This document shows, one piece after another, positions 13,702-27,365 of a stretch of 64,000 nt of DNA (positions within the stretch are counted from its first letter, which is position 1; each line of letters starts with the position of its first letter). The stretch comes from the human T2T-CHM13v2.0 reference genome, Homo sapiens. The DNA lies in NCBI RefSeq assembly GCF_009914755.1, contig NC_060937.1; one strand, written 5' to 3'. A program made the translations under genes and the position numbers. The notes beneath the pieces are model-generated. The model saw nothing but the letters and a program-made list of their open reading frames with translations. It made no database searches and was not told the DNA's origin.

Positions 13702-13976
13702 TTTTTTTTATTATACTTTAAGTTTTAGGGTACATGTGCACAACGTGCAGGTTAGTTACATATGTATACATGTGCCATGTTGGTGTCCTGAACCCAGTAA
13801 CTCGTCATTTAACATTAGGTATATCTCCAAATGCTATCCCTCCCCCCTCCCCCCACCCACAACAGGCCCCGGTGTGTGATGCTCCCCTTCCTGTGTCCAT
13901 GTGTTCTCATTGTTCAATTCCCACCTATGAGTGAGAACATGCGGTGTTTGGTTTTTTGTCCTTGCGATAGTTTGCT
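13702..13976 (-). mobile_element. Young 5'-truncated L1PA (L1PA2-4-like) 3' end, about 275 bp
   Basis: Near-consensus ttattatactttaagttttagggtacatgtgcacaacgtgcaggttagttac...cttgcgatagtttgct. TSD tactttaaggaattttt (13690-13706) / tactttaagcaattttt (13977-13993). Confidence 0.95.
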
Positions 13977-14429
13977 TACTTTAAGCAATTTTTATACCCT
14001 TCATTATGAATATAATAAAATTATTTTGATATACATGAAGTTTAAGAATAAGTACAAAGGACCATAGCCTATAGAGAATATTCATATAGTGAAAATGCCA
14101 GTGGGCACTGCTGAGTAATATCTAATCATGTAACATTCATACTTTTTAGCAAGGTTAATAGTACTCACAGAAATATGTAACAGAGTGGCAACGTTAAGGA
14201 CTTATTTAGGTAATAAAATTTTTTATTTTATATAATACTTCTCAGATAATATATATGAAACATACATAAAAACTGATTAATATTTATTTTATTTCCAAGA
14301 CTCACTGGTAGCAGCAGACACAACCATAAACACACAAGGCCATGGCTGAAGTCAATGAAGGACCTTTTCTCTTCCATATTCTCCAATAAATATAATGAAT
14401 ATTGATATGGATATGTAAATAACTATTAC

Positions 14430-15532
14430 ATATGTATCTGATACAGTACTGCCAAAATCATTTTATACAACCACTATTCATTTATATCAACCTTCATATT
14501 TAATATTTTCATTGCTCTTTTTTCTACATTTCCTTATTTCCTTTGGGATAGTTTGCTTTTGGCCTGAAAACCACCCTAAAAATACCTTTTAATATAACCT
14601 TGTGGGTGATAAATTATCTCAAATTTGGTTGTCTAAAGATATCTAGATTACCCTAGATTACCCCTTCATTTTTTAATAATATTCTTGCTAGGGAGAAAAC
14701 TCTAGTTTTATCATTTTCTTTCAGCATTTTAAAGCCACAATTTTCATCACTGTTTTTGCTGTCATTATTTGTGTTGAGAAAATATCCATAAGTCTATATG
14801 TTACTGCTTTGAAGGTAAAATGTCATTTATATTTCTTGATCTTATAAAAATTTCTATTTTTTTCCTTCAGTATTCAGTAGTTTAATCACATAACTACATG
14901 TAGCTTTCTTGCCAATCATCTTGCCAAACATTTTCAAAATTAGAACATTCAAAGTTTCCCTGTTGACTTCTTAATATAGGTTATTTTATATTTCAGTTTT
15001 AAAATTATCATTTGGGTCTTTTTAATTATTTTCATTTTTTTCTACCAAAAATCTGAACATTCTCTTATATCTCTGTACATTTAATATTAAAAGTTATTTA
15101 AAAATACTATAATTCCATGTCCAGGATTACTTTTGTTTTTATTATCTAGTTTTCTCTTGTTTCTTCTTTCTGTGTTTTAACTTCTCTATGTGCTTGATTT
15201 TTTTTTTACTGAATGTCAGGAGTTGTATAACATTTGATAGTGTAAATGTAATTTGAAGTTCAAGGTAAAGTTATGTTCTGAGAAATTTTACCTTAGTTTG
15301 TGTAAGTCAAATGAGGAGGCCACGAATCTGGCATTTAACTCGTTTCTGGCATTAATGTTACTGAAGATTTGGCTTCAGGCTCTATGAGGGCAGGTCTCCA
15401 GATTTGCCCTAACTCCTAGACTATAGGTCTCTTGGGTTTTAACTCAAAGTGTGGGGAAATTATCAGCTGTTTCCTCTTGGGAGACCCTGGACTTTGTCCA
15501 TCAGCTTCTAAAAGGTTATCAACAAAACAGTG

Positions 15533-15566
<34 letters not shown>

Positions 15567-15760
15567 CTTCAGCTCTTCTTCAGAATAAGTGAACAGCCCT
15601 AAAGAAAAATTGTTCTCAAATACTAAGCTTACCTTCCTATCTGTCCCTGATATATTTGCCTGGCAACATTTCATTATGATGTTAACTTTTTAGTAACTTC
15701 AAACAGATTTTTAAGCACCTGAATCAGATATACTAGTTGCCTTTAGCCATGAAGTTGATC
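14430..15760 (-). mobile_element. Ancient L1M/HAL1-like ORF1-region remnant
   Basis: Antisense ORF1-type phrases (gtgataaattatctcaaattt, ttttctttcagcattttaaag, tgttgagaaaatatcc, ctttgaaggtaaaatgtc). Confidence 0.55.
15534..15564. repeat. Poly(T)31 tract
   Basis: Direct count. Confidence 0.95.
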
Positions 15761-15814
15761 AAGTTAACTTGTTCATCCATATCAGAAACAAAAAAGAAAA
15801 CCTTTTTTTCCCTC

Positions 15815-16230
15815 TATTTACATTCACTCTATTGCAGATCTCATAGCGTCTCGTCTTTCAGTGTAATTTATATGATGAAACACCCCAAATTGAATTTCTA
15901 CATCTCTTTTGAATTGTAGATACTTAGAGCCAACTGTCTATTAGATCTTGCCGTCTAACTAATAAACATGCTAAATAAATATTACCCAAACAAAATTGCT
16001 ATGATCCCTCTAAAATTACTCCATCTACAGTCTTATCCATGTCAGTTCATTGGAATTCCAAAATTTCAGTTGTATCGAACAAAACCTTGGAGCCCTTATT
16101 AACTTCCTCATTCTCTCATACACCATATCTATTCCCCAGCAAACATGCTAGATCTACCTGTAGAAAATACTCTTGTACTTCTACTGCTACCACTTGAATT
16201 GAAACCACCAACATCTCTCTTCCATATGGC
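15815..16230 (+). mobile_element. L2 (L2a-like) fragment
   Basis: ccaactgtctattagatct, aaaaccttggagcccttattaacttcctcattctctcatacacc, cagcaaacatgctagatctacc. Confidence 0.7.
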
Positions 16231-18129
16231 CTCTTTTCTGAGTGGCGAGGTTCAGAAATTAGTCAGTAAAGCAAGGATTGTCATAAAGCTGATAAACATG
16301 GATGTAGAAGCCAGAAAGTCTAAGAAAATTACCTTTAGTTTATCCATTCATTGAAATGAACAAAAATTTTACATAACTCATATGATGCTAATGAGGAAGA
16401 AAGGAATTAATACTTAACGTTTGTAAAATATAACATCATACAATAAATGCTGTGTTAGCAATTATTATAGTATATACTCCTTGTTTTTTTTATTTGCTGT
16501 TACTGAAGGTAATAATAAGACCTAAAATTATAAAATATTTGAATCAAAGGTTATCATACTTTTAGCAATTAAATCATTGTTATATCCAAATGTGCACTTA
16601 CATTTTTCATAACAAATAAAATATACTAGAGTAAATATTTCCTACTTGGGAGGAGTGAAAGAATCAAATTCTCAGTGTTGGCTGTTTTTTTTTTTTTAGC
16701 TTATAAATAAAATGGCCTGTTCTTTGGCTTCCTTCCTTTACTCCCTGCATGCCACTGTAAGAACTTATAAAAGGATCTTGGCTTCAATTCTGCTGAACAT
16801 AATGGCCTAAGTTCTATGTTAATGCCTGTTGTCAAGAATGAAAAATTTTGTATTTTTTTCATCATTTTGCTAGGCTCAGTTTAATCACCATTCATCATGC
16901 TGTCCTATCCTTCAAGCCCTCAGAAACCGACTAAAGGAAAAGCTCAGTGAAGGAATTACTTTGTGTTCACTCTTCAAGAAGCTGATTTATTAATATATTC
17001 TAATTTTAGAGAAACACTTTCATCTAAAATACAGTTATCTCTCACAATACACATCACTACAACAGAGTCTATACATTATTATTAAAATATAGAGTACTTA
17101 GTTGGATTCCAAATCAGGAAACAGTACTTCACAAGAATAATGGCACTGGAATAGTCAATGAAATAATAAATAAAAGAAATTCATATTTAAAAGAAAAAAC
17201 AGTTTTCTAAGTAAGCAGGCTCTTTTTAAAGGAATAGATGTATATTTTTGTTTAACTGAGCATCTTAATAAGTTTAGGTCACACACAAAAAAAGGAGCTT
17301 GGAGCTAAAATTGTCTCTGCATTCTAGAGGGAGAAGGAAGAAGAAACATTAAAATAGCAAGTTGCTGGTACACTCACTTTGTGCATTGGGGGATAGTAGA
17401 AAAGACTTGGAGAAATAGATTTGTAAACTATTGGCTTTAAGTTTTTTGCTAAGTGAGTCAACTGTAACAGTTCCACTCTTCCTCTCAAATTCATCTTCCA
17501 ATCTCTGCACCCTTTTGGTGTAGATAGGAATGAAGATAAAATTTTTGTGAGTGGTGTGTGCAAGTACTCAGGGAAAGCTACTGAGTTTGATGATAAGGCA
17601 CACCTCCCCGCATAAGGACCACTTGATGATTCAAACCCTAAGTTAATTCTTGGCGATACAAACTTGCAGATGTTTTAACCAAGACAATAAATGTACCCTC
17701 ACCACCCCCGAAGTTATTAGACACCTTGTGTAGGAATCACAGTCAACATAGTCATTAAATATGAGTGTTTATGTGAAAGCCAATCATATATGGCCTGCAA
17801 ATGGATGGTTTGATTTCAGTGAATGTTTGAGTCATAAATCACTTACTAAAGGAAGTTAGGATGATCAGGTTTTGTGCATTCTTTACTGCCTGTCAGAGAA
17901 AATGAGGAAGAAAGGTTGGGAAATATTAGAATAGCAGGCAAATGGCCTTATATGATTAAGGTAACTAGTATTTATAAACTGGACAAATGGGTGTATGTTC
18001 ATACTGGCCTTCAAACCAGAAACCAAATACCGAGCAGGGCTTGCATGTGGGAGGCAGTGGGAGGTAGAAGGAATTTAGATGACAAAAAGAAGAGGTCTTT
18101 CATTTTTTGCTATTTGAAAATAAAATAAT

Positions 18130-18280
18130 AATGCTTCTATATACTGTATATTTATCAGACATAACTGTATATTTTGCATCCTTTGATTCCCATAATTACC
18201 ATACGAGAGTGATGTTAGTATGCTGAATGTACAGAAAGGAAAATACAGCTCAGAGAGGCTAAATAACTTAAGTTCGGAGA
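18130..18280 (-). mobile_element. MIR fragment
   Basis: tacagaaaggaaaatacagctcagagaggctaaataactt is the antisense MIR core. Confidence 0.6.
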
Positions 18281-18444
18281 GAAAAATTATAAATCCAGTA
18301 TTCAGGAGACTGCTTGAAAACTACATTTCACCAGATGTATGAAAAGCTTTAAGGGAGGTGCTATCTCCTTGTGGAAAAAAATTAATCTAGAATACATTCA
18401 TCTTTAAGGAGGAGAAAAAAATATAAGGCTGTATTTTTATTTCA

Positions 18445-18650
18445 AACTTCTATCTTGTGCCAAGTTTTGCTGAGTGCTTTACATAAGTCATTTCATTTCA
18501 TATTCCCTGAAAACCTATAAGGTAGGTATTAATATCCTCATTTATAGAAAAGATAATCTGATTCCTGCAAAAGACTGAGCAACTTGAAGCTAGAATTTAA
18601 TCCCAGGTCTGCCTAATTCTAAGCCCTATACTTTAAACGCTCTGTGTACA
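18445..18650 (-). mobile_element. MIR
   Basis: tgtgccaagttttgctgagtgctttacat...aacctataaggtaggtattaatatcctcatttatag...agaatttaatcccaggtctgcct. Confidence 0.75.
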
Positions 18651-19738
18651 GCCTTCCTCTTCTTATCTAAATAAGAATTAAGGTGTACAACTTGGAACCA
18701 GAGGGCAGATAAATTTACTAGAATATTTAAAAATTGTTTGATATTGAACATTCCCATCACATTTATTTCCCTATGATTTTAAAAAACAAAATCTGCTGAA
18801 TTAGCTATTACCTGATTGTTATATCCTGAGCTAGTTGAGTCCATTCTTGGGATTCCAGGAATTAGTTTTTGTAACCTGTGCTAAGCTAATTCTCCACTTT
18901 TCATTCTGACTCTCACCAGAACTAGGCTAATTCCAACATCATTACATGTTCTCTATAGTTAACAATTCTAATATATGTGCAATTAGAGATGGAGTCACTC
19001 TGTTACAGTTTTCTTTTGCATTCTTTACCAAAGGACACTTGCCTAAAAAAAAAAGGATTTTGTGTGTGTGTGTGTTTGTGTTTGTCAGCAATATAATGAC
19101 AAAAAGCCATTTCAATATGGTTTTTGAAATAGGAAAATTGTTATGTTAGGCAATGACAAAATAGTTTTGGATACAACAGTCATTTCTAACAACAGATTCT
19201 CCATATTTGTTAGTAAGTTATGTAATTTTGAGGCCACACCTTTTCGGAAGTATGAAAGCCTAAAAATTACTCAATTGGACTGCATCACCATGCATAAACT
19301 CTGTGTTCTATCTTAGGAAATAGAACCAAGGATATTCTATGGGATGTTAATTCTGCTGTTCTGAGATTTGATAAACATGTCCATATATTTTAATACTACA
19401 TTTCAAAAGATCTAATCATTTTCATGTTATGATCACTCTAATAATTGAAACCATCAACACACACACAGCTTGCTATCTATGTTAACTTTGCTATTTTTAT
19501 GTTTTTATTAATATGCTTTTCCTTTTCACACACTTTCATCATCAACATTACTATTCTCAAAGATTTAGCAAAGAAGATAAAAGTTACAAATAACTTTACT
19601 GTTAATTCTGGAAATTTCCTAAAAAAATTATTTAAATGTTCATCAAACTGTTCAACCTGAATAGATGGCACCCAATGGTTATTTCCTTCTAAAGATTATT
19701 TAAACCCTCTCTTAAATCCTAGCCTCAGTTGGGGTATA

Positions 19739-19741
<3 letters not shown>

Positions 19742-19819
<78 letters not shown>

Positions 19820-19855
19820 ATATATATATATATATACTCACTATATATATATACT
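19742..19855. repeat. Compound microsatellite (AT)~22(AC)~15 with a degenerate TA tail
   Basis: Read directly. Confidence 0.97.
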
Positions 19856-19881
19856 TACATTTTTACTCAGATGAAACATAC

Positions 19882-20068
19882 ATGTACATACACACATATA
19901 CTTGTTGATAGATTTATTCTTCCCTTATTGCAGTTATCTAATTATTTATTCTTCCCATATTGCAGTTATGTACATACACACATATATAAGTTGATAGATT
20001 TTTCCCTTATTGCAGTTATCTAGATAATTATTTATTCTTCCCATATCACAGTTATCTAGATAATTATT
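19882..20068. repeat. Local tandem duplication of about 86 bp with internal ~29-bp subunits
   Basis: atgtacatacacacatata...gttgatagattt...cccttattgcagttatcta...attatttattcttcccatat occurs at 19882 and again at 19968. Confidence 0.9.
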
Positions 20069-21109
20069 TTTTTCATTGATACAAAGATCCTGAATTGTTA
20101 GACCAGAAGTAGAGTATCATTTACTTTCTTTCTGTTCTTTTTTTTCTTAATTTCTAATATGACCTTTATTTTGGAATGATTGAAAAATAAAGGAAAAAGA
20201 TGACCCTTACTGAAGGCTTAGCTAACTGTGCATTAACCACCTCAACAGGAGCTCTTGTTCAGAGAACGATTCTAGTAGAACTGAATCCAGCATAAAAACC
20301 ATCATCTGGCATTAACAAGGTAGCTACTACTGAGCATTGACCACTGATAAGTTTCAAGACAATTATTCTCTTGATTATTTTTTAGATAATTCTGGAGGGT
20401 CTTTTGATGACGAGATAACTTCTAGTGTAAGAATACTAGAAGCTGAATTTAAACAAAGGGAGAAAGAATGAAAATTTGAAGAAAATTACCAATTTGTAAT
20501 TAAAATTTTGTTTCATAAATCTTTATTATTTTATGTTTTCCAGGTTATGTTTTTATTTATTTTGTGGATTAGATTTATATTATTTGGTGATTTTAAGTTT
20601 AAAATTAAAATAGATTTCTGGTAATTGACTTTCTGATTGTATTTTCCATTAAATCCTTTATTTAAAAAGATTCTGAATAACTTTCCAATTTTACTGTGTA
20701 TGACTTTGTTGTTGTATAGCTCTATCAATAATAAAAATAATAGTCTTACAAACAAAATATCTCTCACCTAATGTTATTTAAATAATCGTATCTGGTAAAA
20801 TACCATTCTTGATTTCTAATTTCATACACGTTATCAAAAGTGGTGTTGCCACCTCAGAGAAATGTGGATCCATTATTTACAACTTAAAATGGTTTCTTAA
20901 AAATTGAAGAAATGCATAGAGGTCAAAAATAATTCTGAAAGAACAATTTTTCTGTGGAAAGAAGTAAATATATTTTTTTCTGAGAGTAAAGTTTTAACTC
21001 AGGCCTATTCAAATGATGGTAAGTGATTAATACAAAAATTTTGGCCTAACTGCTGCATTGATTTGTATTTATTAAGCATTTAAAAAATTGCAGTTTTGCT
21101 TCATGAGGT

Positions 21110-21639
21110 ACTTATAGGGGAAACAAAATTTTATGTTTTCAGGATATTTTTCTTCTGGCTGGGTCTGAGAATTAAATAAGCAAAGGATAGATCAGCTAGA
21201 AAAAATAGAAATTCATTTAATAAAAGTTATATGTGGCATGGGAGCCTTATGAAAAAATGTAGACCCAAAGACTCAGAGTTGAACACTTATATACTGAATT
21301 AGTATAAGTGACAAGAAGTAAATTGTGAAAAGGCAAAAAAAAAAAAAAAAAAAAAAAAAGCTTTGGCTAAGGTGGTTAGTTGGGTGTGGAAGTGCCTGGC
21401 AAGGTTTATTTCTACAGATTCCCCCCAGCCTTACATTTCCATCTTTGATGGTGAGAATGATGCTTTCCTTCTGGAACAGAGAGGAAATTTGTTACATGGA
21501 AATTTTGTCTGCAGCTTTTAAGAAACAGAAGGAAGGTCGAAATGATAAACTTGTACCTGCTGTTTTTCAAGTGCTTTTACTCAAAATAGTCAAAATGCCA
21601 CAGTGGCATATTTTGAGGTGGCACGACCCTAACTCTTCA
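21110..21639 (-). mobile_element. ERV1 solo LTR (MER31/MER34/MER67-group-like) with internal A25 tract
   Basis: Ends ctcaaaatagtcaaaatgccacagtggcatattttgaggtggcacgaccctaactcttca, typical of this LTR group. Exact family and left edge are uncertain. Confidence 0.65.
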
Positions 21640-21984
21640 GTTCCCACTATGTCTGCAGTGTTGCATCTGCCCTCAAGGTGCTTCCAGTTTTGCCAGAGCC
21701 AAATGTTACTCCTATGATTTGGTTGGAGACTGGCACAAGGGTATGTAGGAAAGCCCTTAATTTTGTACATTCGAATGTCAAGGTGTTTTTTCTGTGTAGA
21801 ACATACTATCACCAAATGAAGAGATTAATAGGGGTAAAGGGAGAGGTGAGTCATATGGGGTACAAGCAATAAAACATCATCTAAGAAGAAATGACATTTC
21901 TACTAAATCAATGCTAAAAATAAATTACAGAAAACATCTTTTCTGTAATACTAGGAACTTGCAGAATCACAAAAACAGAAGCAT

Positions 21985-22162
21985 GTCAGGTACTTACTGG
22001 CCATGTTATCCTGAATGACTTATTTAACAGTGCTGAGTCTGTTAAATTTTCTCATCTGTAAAATTACAATAATCATACCTACGAACTAAGATAGCTCTGA
22101 GAATTGAATACAAGTTGCCAGCATAGAACACAGCACATCATGAGTGCTCAATAAAAGCAGCC
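21985..22162 (+). mobile_element. MIR
   Basis: ttttctcatctgtaaaattacaataatcatacctac...gagtgctcaataaa. Confidence 0.75.
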
Positions 22163-22851
22163 CATGCCCTTTTAGTGCATTACCTGTAAATAACATTTTA
22201 CCATGTTTATCTGCCTTGGTAGATAAACTGAGCTGTAAGATTGAAGAGATGGCGTACATTTAAAATGAGCAGGAGGAGAGCTGCTTTATCACATGAAAAT
22301 AAAAAAAAATAGACTATGGTTGTAAATACTATAACTTATCTCATTAAAAATTGAAATACAGCATAGGTTTTGGAGTTTCAAATGTTTCACATTGTTACAT
22401 AATAATATAGGCCTATCTTTACCTCTGGGAGGTAATGGGCTGTGAAGTAAAGGCATCAGCTTTTATATGATTTCTCATCTGGACTGAATTAATTTAGTAC
22501 AAATTGATGAATAGCTTTAGGTTGTTTTTAGTAAAAATCATATTATAGGAGCCTTTGTTCCATTCAATTATAGAGGCATTTTCTATTTTACTCTGAGGGA
22601 GTGATGTACTTCTGACAGGTATTAAAAAGAATTCCACTGAATTTTTAAATATAAATTAGTGCAGAAAACTTAGTATCTTCTTATATAAATGAAAATGACC
22701 ACTTTTTTCTTTTTACTTTTCTAGTATAAGGTAAATCTTATATGTAAGATTTACATGTGCTTTTGTGCTAATAAAAGGTACAGAAGAAATAAGGTATCTA
22801 TAAACTAGATACAAGTCTTGGCAAATCAAACGATTAAGAATATCTGTTATC

Positions 22852-23098
22852 AGCTGGGAGCAATGGGTCGCGCCCATAATCCCAATACTTTGGGAGGCCA
22901 AGATGGGCGGATCACCTAAGGTCAGGAGTTTGAGACCGGCCTGGCCAACATGGTGAACCCCTTCTCTACTAAAAAGAAGCAAATACAAAAATTAGGTGGG
23001 CGTGGTGGTACACACCTGTAGTCCCAGCTACTTAGGAAGCTGAGGCAGGAGAACCACTTGAACCCTGGATGCAGAGGTTGAAGTGAGCCACTGCACTT
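22852..23098 (+). mobile_element. AluS-family element lacking its 3' end and poly(A)
   Basis: Left arm, A-rich linker and right arm up to gtgagccactgcactt. No tail and no right-hand TSD. Confidence 0.9.
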
Positions 23099-23794
23099 GT
23101 CAGCTGCTACTGTTTAAACTAGGGTCTTTTTTTTTAAAATGCAGTCAGTACTGATCATCTTTAATAAAAAAGTCTTCTTATGATCATATGGACTTTTAAA
23201 ACATTTTATCTGATATCATTTTCATTAATATTTAAACATAAAATAAACCCAGAGTCTCACTTACATTTATTAAATATCTCTATTTACAATGAACTAAAAT
23301 CAGGACCCTAATGGATATAATGGAAGGAGTTCTCTATTTAGACCCATTAACCCAATTTTAGTTGATATCTAAATAAATAAATGATTCTTTAATATAATGG
23401 GGTATCAATGCTATCGATTTTTTAAAAATGTTATTGAATATAAGACAGTTCATAATCCTCCATCTCAGAAAATGAGTAATGTTGCCTTATGAAATATCAT
23501 TTTCAATCGTCATTAAGAAACACACAAGTGAGCAAAAGAATTTAAAGAAATCTTAATGAGGTTTAACTCTTAAAATTAATTTATATTGTTTTCTGGAAAT
23601 TGAATTTGTGACCACCCTATGTTTTGTGTAAAATATTAGTTTATGAACAAATTCACCTAAAATAACAATCAAGGGCATTATAATTCATTATAACATGATT
23701 TTCTTTTTCAGATAGTGTATTCATTTATTTCTTTGATAAGGAAGATTATACTTCAAAAAAATTTTTTTTCAAAATGTTGTAACTCCCTACTCAA

Positions 23795-24088
23795 AGAATT
23801 TTTTGGGTAGGGAAACTACTCTCTATGGTAGTATAATGATGGATACATATCATTTTACATTTGTTGAAACCCATAGAATACGCCAACGGTGAACCATATG
23901 TAAACTATGGAATCTGGGTGATAATGATGTGTCAATAGGTTCATCAGTTGCACACAAAGCTACTGCTCTGGTGGGTGATGTTAATAATGAGGAAGTATAT
24001 GCACGTGAGGGAACAAGGAGTATAAATAACCTCTCTGTATGCTCTGCTCAGTTTTACCGTGAACATAATACTGCTAAAAACGAGTCTT
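23795..24088 (+). mobile_element. L1MC-like 3' end fragment
   Basis: gaaactactctctatgg...atggatacatatcattttacatttgttgaaacccatagaat...gtaaactatggaatctgggtgataatgatgtgtcaataggttcatc. Confidence 0.8.
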
Positions 24089-25284
24089 TTTATTTTTTTT
24101 CAAGTCACACATTTATCTTAAGGACTGTTGTAAACTACATCAACTTTGATATAGTAGTTTTGGAATATAATGGCTTTTTAAATTATAAGGCTAATAATGT
24201 CAGTCATTTAACTTTTCTACATCTCACACATATAAAAGTTACTACTTATATTTTTCTTATTATGATGCTCTCATGTTTCCGAAGTGCTTCAAATTGGTGC
24301 ATTGTTCTTAGGAGGAAATCGGCAAGATGTCAAACCACATTGAATAACAATATACAAGAAATAATTACAAACAATAAATTTCCATCATTATTTACATTCA
24401 AGTTATCTTTGTGAATTATTCTTTAAATATAACATTACCTTGATATGAGCTCCATGTGTTTCCACATAGTCTAGTTCGAGACAGACACTAAGCAAAAAAT
24501 CACAATGCGATAACTGGTAGGACAGACACAATTACCAAGTTCCTAAGCAGAAGGAGATTGAAACCAATTCTGTTGGGGCATTGAGGGCAGGGCACAATGA
24601 CTTCAATAAAGTCTAACTTATTCCAGCCTGCAATTATTACCATTGTTAATCAAAATATGATCTTATGATTTGAAAGCCACATTACACTGCTGCCTTTTGT
24701 GACCTGACTATAATCTTTCATGAGAAGTATACGTATAAAACCAAACTCCTAGGACAAATTGTATTTTAAAGTAGAAAGAATTGGTTTTGATGTACAATGT
24801 CATTGAATGATTTAAACTGTCTACTAAGAGAGATCTTTGAAAAAGTTAAGGAATGATAAATGCTCTTTCTATAACAGAAGAAAATCAGCATTAATTGCTG
24901 AACCATATTCTTATGCCTTTTTAAAATCAAACATCCTCTACTGGAATGCTGGTATGTCTATGCTAAGAACTAAGATTCTTCTTGGAGAATTGAAATAAAT
25001 AGTCAAAGCATGGGTTGGAAATAAAAATAAATGCAATTTGTAAGATAATATTAGATACTAAGAATGTGGTAATGGCATAACCATTATTGTGTAAGTTTAC
25101 ATTGTGACCTTACATTCAAATGAGCGCAAAAATCTATGAAATAAGTACTAGTTTCTCTTCTATTTGGATTATTTTCTATGTGGATGTGTTTGTTCAGTCA
25201 GATACATTGTTGCATTTTTTTTTTAATGCTCCCCTCTACATAACTTCATTGGAATAGAAATTCAATTTGATTACAAAATACTAG

Positions 25285-25483
25285 TGCAGTATGCTTCATA
25301 GCATCCTCCATAGACTTGGCATCAAAATCATCTAGAGATCTTGTTAAAAAGTAATTTCCCTGGTATACTCAAGGCCTTCTGAAAACCAACACCTCCAGGC
25401 ATAGAGTTCAGGAATCTGTATTTTTAACAATAACTTCTGATGATGTTAACCCACTAAAGTGCTAAAGTACAAACACCACTCTA
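25285..25483. mobile_element. MER5A-type hAT-Charlie MITE
   Basis: gcatcaaaatcatctagagatcttgttaaaa...caggaatctgtatttttaacaa...tgatgatgtt...accact. Confidence 0.7.
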
Positions 25484-25659
25484 CTGCATTAGTGAATTTA
25501 TCTTTACTGACCCACGTACTATACTACTAAATCCATTGATACTTATGCATGCATTTAAGGAACCATCTTCTCATGAAATCTTCCCTCAGCATCTCAGTGA
25601 CGACAAATCCTACACACACAGTTCCAGTGAAATTCTAAAAAGCTTATTACTGAATTGAT

Positions 25660-25895
25660 ATAACATATGCTTAAGAACCGAGAATGGAACTGAATGTTGA
25701 CATCCTGGCTTCCCCACTGTCTGGCAAATGGCCTTGGACTTTTGCTCAGCTTCTTCATTTGCAAATGTTTATAAAAATAGAACTCATTTCATTATGCTAT
25801 TATCATGATTACTTGAGTTAATGCAGTATAAAAGTTTTAGAACAATCCCTGGCAAAAGTTTTAGAATCATCCATTAAGTGTTGCTATTATTACTT
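25660..25895 (+). mobile_element. MIR
   Basis: catcctggcttccccact...ggccttgg...ctcagcttcttcatttgcaaatg...ttagaacaatccctggca. Confidence 0.65.
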
Positions 25896-27365
25896 TTATA
25901 CTTCATTTTCATACCTCATCATAATATTAATACAATTATGACTGTATCTCTTCACTCTCAAATGATAGAGTGATAAGTTTTTTTAAGGCAATACTTTCCA
26001 CTTACTTTCTATATTAATAAAGCTTAGTATAAATAAATAATGTAGCAGATAAACTACTAACATGGATAATAGTCCTTGGATGGCTCTTTTTATGTGGATT
26101 CTCTATTGACTTTCTTTCTGCACAAGCATTTTGGCATTAAATATGCATCTGGAACAGGGATTTATGCATTGTTTACAAGTAGCTCCCATATATTCAAACC
26201 TCAAATTAGGGACATGCATATCATCAAGCTTATCTCATTATTTTCTTCCAATTTCCTTATCAATTCACTTCCATGTGATGTGACAGTACGTAACTAACAT
26301 CCTCAACTTTATTTGCAGAATGTGATCTGTATCCCAAAACCATTCAGTAGAGCCCATAGAACATAGCTCAGTGCCTTGACAGACGAGATGTTTAGTAAAG
26401 TTTTTCATATAAGTTTAAAAAACTTTTCCTAAAACCTTAATTAAAATCTCCTCAGAAAATTTCCATCAAGATACATAGGTAGGACATGTAATAAAATAGT
26501 CAAATTGGGACAATGTTGAATGAAATGATTTTTGAGTAAATTATGACTTCCTAATTTCTCTTTTTAATTTTTTAAATTTTCTAGTGTTTTAATTTTATTG
26601 ATGCATGATATTTTACGTATTTATGGGCTACAAGTAAATCTTTGTTACATAGAATGTATGATGATTAAGTCAGGAAATTTGGAATATCCATCACATTGAG
26701 CACTTCTCATTTAAATGTTTTGTGAGCAATTTGTCTTCTCCAGCTACTCTGAAATATACAACACATTGTTGCTAACTATAGTCACCCCACTCTACTATCA
26801 AAAATTAAACTTATAACTTCTATCTAACTGTATGTTATACTCATTTACCTCTCTTCTTCTACTACTATCTCATCCTTCTTTTCCTCTGGTATCCATCATT
26901 CCACTCTCTATCTTCAGAGATCAATTATTTTAGCTCCTGAATAGGGGTGAGAACCTGCAATGTCTGTCTTTTTGTGCCTGTCTTACTTCACTTAACAAAT
27001 GACCTCCAGTTCCTACAATGTTGCTGCAAATGTCATGTTTTCATTCTTTTTTGTGGCCAAATAATATTCCATTGTATACAAACCACATTTTCAAAAATTC
27101 ATTTGTTCATTCATTAACACTTAGGTTGATTTCATATATTTGCTATTGCAAATAGTGTTGCAATAAAATGTGAGTGCAGGTATCCCTTTGATCCACTGAT
27201 ATTTACATAAATACACTATGGTAGTGTCTTTTTGTTTGTTTGTTTGTTTTTGTTTTGGTTGCGGGGACCTCCATACTGGTTTTCGTAATGGCTATATGAA
27301 TTTACATTCCCATATCCTTGCCAGCATCTGTGATTTTTTTGTCTTTTTAATAATAGCCATTCTAA

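Noticed and set aside
13835-13860. G-quadruplex-like G runs (also 27556-27575)
   Set aside because: Standard G-rich tract of L1 3'UTRs.
21325-21717. 130-aa ORF with poly-Lys
   Set aside because: Translation of an A25 tract inside a solo LTR.
23929-24414. 161-aa ORF
   Set aside because: Starts at a non-ATG codon inside an L1MC 3' end and runs into AT-rich DNA; no homology recognised.
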